A stretch of DNA of 64,000 nucleotides from the NCBI GenBank assembly GCA_034439715.1, contig JAWXAY010000100.1:32001-96000 (forward strand), written 5' to 3'. Under the pieces are notes generated by a model. That model saw nothing but the letters and a program-made list of their open reading frames with translations, did not search any database and was not told the DNA's origin. Every line of letters begins with the position of its first letter. The first letter of the stretch is position 1. This document shows positions 56,681 to 64,000 of this stretch, piece after piece. The DNA is from Pseudomonadota bacterium. Its GTDB lineage: Bacteria > Bdellovibrionota > Bdellovibrionia > Bdellovibrionales > SG-bin7. A program made the translations under genes and the position numbers.

Positions 56681-57913
56681 ATGAGTAATGAGTCTTTTAG
56701 CAAGGATCAAAAGCGAGCCTGGGAATTACTCCAGAGTGAATACAATGTTTTTGTGACCGGCGAAGCTGGTAGCGGCAAAAGTTATATCATCCGTCACTTT
56801 ATGTTAAACCGAGACGTTAAAAAATTTCCTGTTTTAGCTAGTACAGGCGCCGCTGCCGTATTAGTTGGTGGCCGCACCTTTCACAGTTTTATGGGGCTGG
56901 GAATTATGGAGGGAGGAGTTGATGCCACTGTGGAGCGAGCTCGCCTCGATCGTCGCTTACGTAAGCGATTGCGTGATGCTGAAGGCTTTATTGTTGATGA
57001 AGTTTCGATGTTGTCGGGTCCCATGTTGCAGGCTGCCGAGAGGATTTGTCGCATGTGTCGCGAGGTTGAAGAGCCATGGGGTGGACTGAGAGTGATTGCT
57101 GTTGGAGATTTTGCGCAGTTGCCCCCCGTTCAACAAGGAAACCAGCCTCGGTCTTGGGCCTTTTTGGATTCGGTTTGGGAGATGACAAACTTTCAAGCAG
57201 TGGTACTAAAGCAAAATATGCGAAGTGGTGACGGTGAATTTCTCACGATCCTCAATGATATTCGCCGTGGTAAAGTTAATGATGTCGTCGAGACTTTTTT
57301 GAATCGGAAAACGATAACTCCTGAAGAAATTTTTGAGGGAACTCGGCTTTTTCCAAGACGAATTCAAACAGATGCCTATAACAGTCGGGAACTTGAAAAA
57401 TTACCGGGTAATGTGACTTGTTTTCAATCGGTGTATTCGGGTAAGGCCAAAGCCATTGAACAATTAAAAAAACACTCGCCTTTACCCGATGAACTTTTTG
57501 TAAAAACCAATGCGTTGGTGATGTTGCGCCAAAATGATCCTAAGCAGCGCTGGGTTAATGGTAGCACGGGGTATATTCGTCAAATTTCAAAGATTGAAAT
57601 TTCAATTGAACTTTTAAATGGCCGCATGATCAAAATTGAACCGGCGAGTTTTTCATTACTTGATGCCGAAGGTATTCCTGTCGCAGCGGTTACCAACTTT
57701 CCGATTTCATTAGCTTACGCAGCGACTATTCACAAAGCGCAGGGCATGACACTCGATCGCTTAATGGTAAACCTCAATGCCTTGTGGGAACCCGGGCAAG
57801 CTTATGTAGCTCTTAGTCGGGTGATTGATCCCGTTCATTTACGGATTGAAGCCTGGCAAGAAAAGTCGATTAAGGCCGACCCCATTGTCGAAAAATTTTA
57901 TCAGAGTTTATAA
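56681..57913 (+). CDS. Pif1-family (SF1B) DNA helicase
   Basis: TGEAGSGKS, ASTGAAA, G.TFHSF.G, DEVSM, GDFAQLPPV, VNGS.G, TIHKAQGMTL, GQAYVALSR. Confidence 0.92.
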   Translation: MSNESFSKDQKRAWELLQSEYNVFVTGEAGSGKSYIIRHFMLNRDVKKFPVLASTGAAAVLVGGRTFHSFMGLGIMEGGVDATVERARLDRRLRKRLRDAEGFIVDEVSMLSGPMLQAAERICRMCREVEEPWGGLRVIAVGDFAQLPPVQQGNQPRSWAFLDSVWEMTNFQAVVLKQNMRSGDGEFLTILNDIRRGKVNDVVETFLNRKTITPEEIFEGTRLFPRRIQTDAYNSRELEKLPGNVTCFQSVYSGKAKAIEQLKKHSPLPDELFVKTNALVMLRQNDPKQRWVNGSTGYIRQISKIEISIELLNGRMIKIEPASFSLLDAEGIPVAAVTNFPISLAYAATIHKAQGMTLDRLMVNLNALWEPGQAYVALSRVIDPVHLRIEAWQEKSIKADPIVEKFYQSL

Positions 57914-58440
57914 CGTTTAATTTCAGTCTGCTCACTTTTATTTCCCGCACTTATAGTGAGTAATTGATCATCGTAAAGTAGTTGCCAGCGTACGTCTCGG
58001 GGCAAATCCACTCCCAATGCTTCTAAAAATTTTGGCTTAAAGGCATAAATTTCAATTTTTTCAGAGTTATGAATTTCTTTGGACTGTGCTTCACGCAAGA
58101 TATGTTCAGGATCTTTATAGGTATATATTTTTACTTGGGCAGCGGCCTTTGCAGCTTTATGAAGTTTTCGTGCGCTGGGATTTCCGATTTCAATCCACAG
58201 ACTGATTCGGCCATTGGCGTGATTTGCTGATATCGATGGACCCTCGGGATCACTTAAACCACTACGCGAAAACTCCAATCCTTCTTGCGTATTTAAGCAA
58301 AATGCTAAAACGCGCGTCAGCAGATACAGCATTGATTCTGACGGATGCATTGCTAAGCGAAAATCCAGTTTTTCGTAAACTCCGCGCTCGATGTCAGAGA
58401 CATCAATACGAAATCGATACAATGTTGTTGAGACGCTCAT
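57901..58440 (-). CDS. yaeQ: YaeQ family protein
   Basis: SD.ERG.Y, AMHPSE, GLS...P, WIEIG.P. Confidence 0.88.
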   Translation of the reverse strand: MSVSTTLYRFRIDVSDIERGVYEKLDFRLAMHPSESMLYLLTRVLAFCLNTQEGLEFSRSGLSDPEGPSISANHANGRISLWIEIGNPSARKLHKAAKAAAQVKIYTYKDPEHILREAQSKEIHNSEKIEIYAFKPKFLEALGVDLPRDVRWQLLYDDQLLTISAGNKSEQTEIKRYKL

Positions 58441-59091
58441 CTATAGATCGATTCCTAATGATAGATTTTCGGCAATCTTTGCATTTTTAGCGAGGATTTC
58501 AACGCCAATTGCATTGAACCCGAGTTCATTTGCAACAGCTAGAACTGCGCCGTGTCCACAAAAAGGATCGACTATAGTGCGTGTGTTTGTGTGTTCCAAA
58601 ACAAACTGGCAGGCCAGACGACAGGCTTCAACACCCATGCCACGAATCCACGTGACGTTTCCGGCGGTAGGCAAAACGTCAGCTGAAGGTTTGGAAATGT
58701 CGGGGCGAATGTTTTTAGAAAAACAAAGTAAGTGAGAATAGCTGGGCCGACCACGCGTTGTTATGCCGGCCGGTACACGACAAACAATTTTGTGACCTAT
58801 TAACTCATGACCAACTTGTTCGGCAGCTTTTTGGATGAGGTAAGATTTGTCGATCCAAGCGCCTTGAACCTTAATGTCCGACTGATAGAAAATCGTAACA
58901 CCATCATCGGAACATCGAGAAAGTACTAATGCCGCTGTGCTGACAAACCAAGTCTTCCATTCGCTGAGATTGAATTTAGGAAATTCAGAAATGTCGGGCA
59001 GCGAGGTAATAATCGAACAACCCACCAGCGTGGTTTGGTTTTCAAGCCAGCTGAGTGCATCGGCATGATGAATTATACGTGTTGTTTCCAT
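58441..59091 (-). CDS. SAM-dependent methyltransferase, N4/N6 DNA-MTase-like architecture
   Basis: N-terminal IITSLPD (motif IV position); C-terminal VDPFCGHG..L.VA..G....GVE (motif I). Confidence 0.7.
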   Translation of the reverse strand: METTRIIHHADALSWLENQTTLVGCSIITSLPDISEFPKFNLSEWKTWFVSTAALVLSRCSDDGVTIFYQSDIKVQGAWIDKSYLIQKAAEQVGHELIGHKIVCRVPAGITTRGRPSYSHLLCFSKNIRPDISKPSADVLPTAGNVTWIRGMGVEACRLACQFVLEHTNTRTIVDPFCGHGAVLAVANELGFNAIGVEILAKNAKIAENLSLGIDL

Positions 59092-59163
59092 ATATTTTGT
59101 GGATTTCCTTTGTCATTTTAGGCTTACATAAATTCCCTAACAGGGCTAGTTTAAACTTAGATT

Positions 59164-60255
59164 ATGTGCTACAGATTCGTTATGTCGCCATTGTCGATTT
59201 CAAAAACTAAATCGTTTAAAAATAAGCCTAGTGCCAGAGATCTTGGTTTTGGTAAGTATTTTTCCGACCATATGTTCCAAGTAAATTATTCCGAAGGTAG
59301 GAGCTGGCATTCACCACGAATTACTCCGTATGAACCACTACTTATTGAACCTGGCGCTTCGGTGTTGCATTATGGACAAGCGTTATTTGAGGGAATGAAG
59401 AGCTTTAGACAAACAGATGGCACCACCATTTTATTTCGTCCTGAATTCAATGCCAAAAGACTACAAAGTGGCGCTGAGCGGCTTTGCATGCAGGTGCCGC
59501 CAACCGAGCTGATGCTTGAGGGAATTCGTACTTTAGTTAAGACGGATCAAGACTGGATTCCTCGAGAGAAGGGGACATCTTTATATATTCGGCCCACGTT
59601 AATTGGGACGGAGTCATTTTTAGGCGTCAGGCCGTCAAAAGAATATTTATTTTATGTGATTTGTTGTCCTGTGGGCTCATATTATGCGACAGGTGCTGAT
59701 CCCATAAAAATTTGGGTTGAAGACAAGTATGTGCGCGCTTCGCTGGGCGGCTTAGGTGCCACTAAAGCTGGGGCCAATTATGCCGCCAGTCTTAAGGCAG
59801 CTCTTGAAGCTAAGAAGAGGGGCTATGCTCAAGTATTGTGGCTCGACGTCACTCATCAGTACATCGAAGAAGTTGGCACCATGAACGTTTTTTTTGTTTT
59901 CGAAAACGAGATTGTGACACCAGCCCTTAACGGATCTATTTTGTCGGGTGGAGTTCGTGATTGTGTGATTACATTGCTCAAACATTACGGTTTAAAAATT
60001 ACAGAACGTGAATTGTCTATGCAAGAAGTTATTGAGACCCACGCTGGTGGAAAGCTTAAAGAAATCTTTGGTACTGGCACTGCGGCAGTGATTTCTCCAG
60101 TAGGTGAGTTAGCCTCAGAAAAATTTGATTTAAAAATAAATAGTGGCGTGCGTGGCCCCATTGCCGCTCGTCTTTATCAAGACATAAGTGATATTCAATA
60201 CGGTGATAAACCTGACCTGTTTAAATGGACCGAAAAGATTTTTAGAGCTACCTAG
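59164..60255 (+). CDS. ilvE: Branched-chain amino acid aminotransferase
   Basis: LHYGQ.LFEGMK, LYIRP, KAGANYAAS (PLP Lys), EEVGTMN, GTAAVISP. Confidence 0.95.
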   Translation: MCYRFVMSPLSISKTKSFKNKPSARDLGFGKYFSDHMFQVNYSEGRSWHSPRITPYEPLLIEPGASVLHYGQALFEGMKSFRQTDGTTILFRPEFNAKRLQSGAERLCMQVPPTELMLEGIRTLVKTDQDWIPREKGTSLYIRPTLIGTESFLGVRPSKEYLFYVICCPVGSYYATGADPIKIWVEDKYVRASLGGLGATKAGANYAASLKAALEAKKRGYAQVLWLDVTHQYIEEVGTMNVFFVFENEIVTPALNGSILSGGVRDCVITLLKHYGLKITERELSMQEVIETHAGGKLKEIFGTGTAAVISPVGELASEKFDLKINSGVRGPIAARLYQDISDIQYGDKPDLFKWTEKIFRAT

Positions 60256-61390
60256 ATATAGCTTTTGCGGTATTTTTTGTTTTAGCGCGAATACTGTCTA
60301 AACGGTCGACCAGATTCTGATCCCGTTCAGTCACAAAATTGACAACCAAACCTTTACGACCTGCACGTGCTGTACGGCCTACTCGGTGAATGTAGTTCTC
60401 CATCTGATGAGGCATGTGATAGTTTATCACGCGACCAACACATTCTAGGTCTAATCCTCGCGATGCCAAGTCGGTAGAAATTAACAGGCCGATTTTACCG
60501 TCACGGAATTCTTTTAGGTTAGAGCGACGTTCGACTTTGTCCATCTCACCTCGGTAAATGGCACATTTGCGGCCAGTTTGCTTGATGAGGTCGGCAAGTT
60601 TATCGCATTGTTCGCGAGTGTTGGTGAAGATCAATGTACCCCCTTTTACAGGGTCGCTCAATAAGTCTTCGAGGATAGGTAAGCGCTTGCCGTCAATGAC
60701 GATTTGATTTCTCGTAGTCAGACTTGGTACCACTCGATGATGGCCCTCGCTGCGGATTACTTCGGCTTCTGAGAAAAGTTCATTCATGAGTTCCTGCACA
60801 GCGGGCGATATAGTTGCCGAGAATAAAGCGAGTTGGCGTTCGGGAGGGCAGTCCTTAACAATTCGCGTGGCGTCGGGCAGAAAGCCCTGGTCCAACATTT
60901 GATCGGCCTCGTCGAATACAAGGACGCGAATGTCGCTTAAATTTATTAAACCGCGCTCAAGGAGCTTTACTAAGCGTCCTGGGGTGGCGACTAGAATCTC
61001 GAAGGGTCCCTTAATATTATTCTTAGCGACGTCTAAAGTGGTGCCGCCAAGAACCGATCGCACACGCAGGCGCGTCGTATGAGTAAAAACTTTAAATACT
61101 CGAGAGACTTGCTCTCCGAGCTCACGGGTGGGGACAATCACTGCCGCACGAGGTTGGCTATCTTTCGTGACCGCTTGCCCAGAACTTTCTAATCGCTTTA
61201 GCATATTCAAAACAGGTAGTGCATAAGCTAAGGTCTTGCCACTGCCGGTTTCAGCCACGCCCACTACAGAGCGTCCGCCCAAAAGTGCGGGAAGCGCCCG
61301 ATTCTGGATTTCGGTGGGTTTCGCCATGCTCTTTTCGCTCAATGTCGCTTGGAGAGTTGGGAGTAAGTCGAAATCAGTAAATTTGCTCAT
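60248..61390 (-). CDS. DEAD-box RNA helicase
   Basis: PTEIQ, AETGSGKT, PTREL, DEAD, SAT, HRVGRTARAG. Confidence 0.95.
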   Translation of the reverse strand: MSKFTDFDLLPTLQATLSEKSMAKPTEIQNRALPALLGGRSVVGVAETGSGKTLAYALPVLNMLKRLESSGQAVTKDSQPRAAVIVPTRELGEQVSRVFKVFTHTTRLRVRSVLGGTTLDVAKNNIKGPFEILVATPGRLVKLLERGLINLSDIRVLVFDEADQMLDQGFLPDATRIVKDCPPERQLALFSATISPAVQELMNELFSEAEVIRSEGHHRVVPSLTTRNQIVIDGKRLPILEDLLSDPVKGGTLIFTNTREQCDKLADLIKQTGRKCAIYRGEMDKVERRSNLKEFRDGKIGLLISTDLASRGLDLECVGRVINYHMPHQMENYIHRVGRTARAGRKGLVVNFVTERDQNLVDRLDSIRAKTKNTAKAISR

Positions 61391-61432
61391 TGGTAAGGAA
61401 GTAGCAGGTTATATATATTCGGTCATGTAAAA

Positions 61433-61978
61433 CTAGGCCGAACAACACTTTTTATATTTTTTACCGCTGCCACAAGGGCAAGCGTCATTGCGGCCGACCT
61501 TGGCGGACTCTCGTACCATTGGCTGAGTTTTTTCATGGTGATGTTGGTGGCCTTCTCCGTCTTCGTGAGTATGAGACTCCCCATCAACAAAACGCCACTC
61601 GCCTTTTCCATTTCTTTGGAACTGAGACACTTCGTGATGCTCATAAGTCTTTTCTTTGTGGCTATAGGTCGCCGCAAATTCAACAGTGCCAGTTTTGTCG
61701 GACTCTTTACCCAAATCGGTCGAAATAATTTTCAAGCCCTTCCACTCTGACTGATTAGCCCACTCCTTGGCAGCGACTGGGTCAAAATCTTTCGAGGAAG
61801 CGGTGGCCAGAGTCTTTTTAATATAGTCGAGTTCGGAAATCGCGTAGGCTGTGTACCTCGAACGCATCAAGGCCTCTGCCGTGGGCGGCAAGGATTTGCC
61901 GCTAATAAATGGCGCGCAGCAGGTTTCATAATCTCGCTCGGTGCCGCAAGGGCAGAGTTTTGAATCTTTGTTGTTCAT
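61433..61978 (-). CDS. ychJ: YchJ-family protein with SEC-C motifs
   Basis: N-terminal [20 protein letters not shown]-terminal [17 protein letters not shown]. Confidence 0.92.
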   Translation of the reverse strand: MNNKDSKLCPCGTERDYETCCAPFISGKSLPPTAEALMRSRYTAYAISELDYIKKTLATASSKDFDPVAAKEWANQSEWKGLKIISTDLGKESDKTGTVEFAATYSHKEKTYEHHEVSQFQRNGKGEWRFVDGESHTHEDGEGHQHHHEKTQPMVRESAKVGRNDACPCGSGKKYKKCCSA

Positions 61979-62712
61979 TGTTTAAACCTCGGTGAAATTA
62001 AGTCTACCACATGAATACCTTGGTCAACAATCTGCCATTGCACGTCGAAGTCAAAAAGTCTAAAGGCAAACTTGCGACCTTCACTTTCAGGCTCAATTAT
62101 CGGAAGGGCTTGCCGCTGAGAGGTGGGTCGGGGATCTAATTCTAGCATTTGTACTAGCAATTCTTTGAGATCAGGATGTTGGGAAGTTGCAGACTGTTTA
62201 ATCGCTGACAGACTTCGGGATGAAAAAGTTACCGGGTATTTGGGAATCGCATTTATAGCCCAACCTGATTTAGCCTCGGGAATGCTGTCGGCATATGAAA
62301 GATAGGGCTTAATGTCGAGAAGGGGCGAACCATCCAAAATATCAAGGCCACTGACATGAATTTCAATTCCGTTTTTGGCCACTAAATCAATTCGTTCAAG
62401 TTTTAAAGCTGACTGACCAATGGGATTGGGTCGATGGGGAGAGCGAGAGGCAAAAACCCCGACGCGGTTGGGTCCATCGAGTCGAGGCGGGTTTACTGTG
62501 GGATGCCAAGGCGTTTCAATATTTTTATGAAAAACATAAAGAACCCAAACATGAGAAAATCCTTCTAGATCTTTAACCGCAAGAGAGAAAGCAGGATTTG
62601 GATCTAACTTTAGTACGCCAAGTGCCTGACTCATCATTAAAGATTGGCGAGCCACCCCAAATTTTTCTTTAAAACAACTATGTATAACTCCGATCTGAGA
62701 AAATTCAAACAT
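61975..62712 (-). CDS. trmO: tRNA m6t6A37 methyltransferase TrmO (TsaA)
   Basis: [45 protein letters not shown]. Confidence 0.92.
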   Translation of the reverse strand: MFEFSQIGVIHSCFKEKFGVARQSLMMSQALGVLKLDPNPAFSLAVKDLEGFSHVWVLYVFHKNIETPWHPTVNPPRLDGPNRVGVFASRSPHRPNPIGQSALKLERIDLVAKNGIEIHVSGLDILDGSPLLDIKPYLSYADSIPEAKSGWAINAIPKYPVTFSSRSLSAIKQSATSQHPDLKELLVQMLELDPRPTSQRQALPIIEPESEGRKFAFRLFDFDVQWQIVDQGIHVVDLISPRFKQ

Positions 62713-62715
62713 TGG

Positions 62716-63291
62716 CTATTTCACCATGGTCTCTTCGATTCGCCGGTCTGGGATTAGCCACATTATCGTCACAAAGATATAAAAAACTATGGCCAACCAT
62801 GAAACAAAAAACGAAACAAGAATGGCCAGTGCATAGATGCCCAGAGAAATTCTACCTTTAGTGTCGCTGCCAAGCGCCTTACTTAAAGTAGAGTTTGCGC
62901 CGTGGTGAGCGAGTAGAGTTTGGCTAAGAAAAAAATATGCGACAGCAGTAAAAAAAAGAACTACCCCATAAAGTGCTACGGGTAGTGCCGCAAAGTTACT
63001 CTCACTCATCCAGTTGGTAACAAAAGGAACAAGGGAGAGCCAGAACAGCAAATGCATGTTTGCCCAAAGAATCGGGCCATTCACTTTGTGGGTAGCTTGC
63101 AACAAGTGGTGGTGGTTGTTCCAATAAATACCTATAAAAACAAAACTCAAAACATAACCCAGAAAGACAGGTAAGATGGGTTTTAAAGATTCAAAATCAT
63201 GGCCAAGTGGAATTTTCAGCTCCAAGACCATAATAGTAATAATGATCGCAATAACTCCATCACTGAAAGCTTCAAGCCGATTTTTACTCAT
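62716..63291 (-). CDS. TMEM175-family (DUF1211) potassium channel
   Basis: RLEAFSDGVIAIIITIMVLE; YW.NHH. Confidence 0.92.
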   Translation of the reverse strand: MSKNRLEAFSDGVIAIIITIMVLELKIPLGHDFESLKPILPVFLGYVLSFVFIGIYWNNHHHLLQATHKVNGPILWANMHLLFWLSLVPFVTNWMSESNFAALPVALYGVVLFFTAVAYFFLSQTLLAHHGANSTLSKALGSDTKGRISLGIYALAILVSFFVSWLAIVFYIFVTIMWLIPDRRIEETMVK

Positions 63292-63334
63292 AAAGCCTCC
63301 CAGAGTGAATGCTGTCTCTGATTAAATTTAAAAA

Positions 63335-64000
63335 TTAATGAATAATCACTGCGCCCATTTCGGCAAACTGTCTTAACTCGTAGCTACTAAACGGAGCCGC
63401 AATAACAGAGGCAGTGGCCGGACGAATAACTCTTTCAATGATATTTCGAACATCATAAGCACTGTAGGGTGCTCCCAATATAACAGAGCCTCCCATTTCT
63501 GCAAAGCTGCGGCAATCATAGGTGCTAAATTTTCCGCAACGAACCGAAACGCGACTATGTCCAATACCTATAAAAGTTTTAATATCATAACTACTATATT
63601 CATAACCTACTACGACCGAGCCACCTTTCTCGAGCCGTTGTCTAATTTCATAGGCACTGGTATTGGGATTTTGTTGTCCATCAATGCCTGCGCCCATTTC
63701 TGCGAATTGTCGCAGCTCATAGTCACTGTAGCCATGGGCCATTACAATGGCCGTTGCAGGACTAATAATTTCTTCTAGTATTATACGAACTTCGTAAGCG
63801 CTGTAGGGTTGGCCTAAAATCGTAGATGCACTTTTTTCTGCAAACCCTCGGCAATCATAGACACTAAATCCAGCACCACATCGTACTGTTACTCGGCTTT
63901 TACCGATATCTATGAAAGTCCCCACCTCATAAGTACTAAATTCGTTTCCAACAACGACTGATCCCCCAGCTTCAAGCTCTTGACGAATTTCATAGGCGCT
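63335..64000 (-). CDS. Tandem-repeat protein of unknown family (5'-truncated by window)
   Basis: Frame open to the window edge (SAYEIRQELEAGGSVVVG...); ten ~21-25-aa S.Y[ED].R repeats. Confidence 0.8.
   Translation of the reverse strand, partial: SAYEIRQELEAGGSVVVGNEFSTYEVGTFIDIGKSRVTVRCGAGFSVYDCRGFAEKSASTILGQPYSAYEVRIILEEIISPATAIVMAHGYSDYELRQFAEMGAGIDGQQNPNTSAYEIRQRLEKGGSVVVGYEYSSYDIKTFIGIGHSRVSVRCGKFSTYDCRSFAEMGGSVILGAPYSAYDVRNIIERVIRPATASVIAAPFSSYELRQFAEMGAVIIH

Noticed and set aside
56234..56710. 158-aa antisense ORF and 112-aa alternate-frame ORF in the helicase tail; also considered as a CRISPR-like array
   Set aside because: By-products of the GC-rich in-frame repeat; no unique spacers and no cas genes
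1355..63778. Numerous 60-140 aa ORFs overlapping well-supported genes
   Set aside because: Shadow ORFs on the opposite strand or in alternate frames, with no motifs or SD support
1..64000. tRNA, rRNA, IS elements, prophage, CRISPR
   Set aside because: No recognisable signatures; intergenic gaps are short and no transposase, integrase or cas gene was seen

Overview
Gene-dense, AT-leaning bacterial chromosome segment. The gene content (TolQ plus two TolR motor genes, many secreted hypothetical proteins and peptidases, RRM protein) suggests Bdellovibrionota/Oligoflexia, but this is inference. Most of the window is housekeeping and scavenging: livKHMGF, DAACS and POT transporters, msrBA, ampG, M14 peptidases, proBA, copA, ilvE, three DEAD-box helicases, Pif1 and several RNA methyltransferases. 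No rRNA, tRNA, CRISPR array or mobile element was recognised. Two loci stand out. (1) 43383-49848 is a compact urate-catabolism operon with an unusual architecture. A PuuD membrane urate-oxidase domain carries an amicyanin-like type-1 copper (cupredoxin) domain where cytochrome c is normally found. It is followed by HIU hydrolase and a 1513-aa polyprotein: malate synthase + OHCU decarboxylase + beta-lactamase-fold serine hydrolase + allantoicase. The serine hydrolase sits exactly at the pathway position of the missing allantoinase, making it a candidate non-homologous allantoinase. (2) 24369-29030 is a sulfur-relay cluster (cysteine desulfurase, MoeZ, ThiS/MoaD-GG carrier) enclosing an acyl-CoA-dehydrogenase-fold protein that lacks both canonical catalytic glutamates and a divergent double hot-dog protein, suggesting an uncharacterised thio-acyl pathway. 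All family calls come from visual motif recognition; no searches were run.
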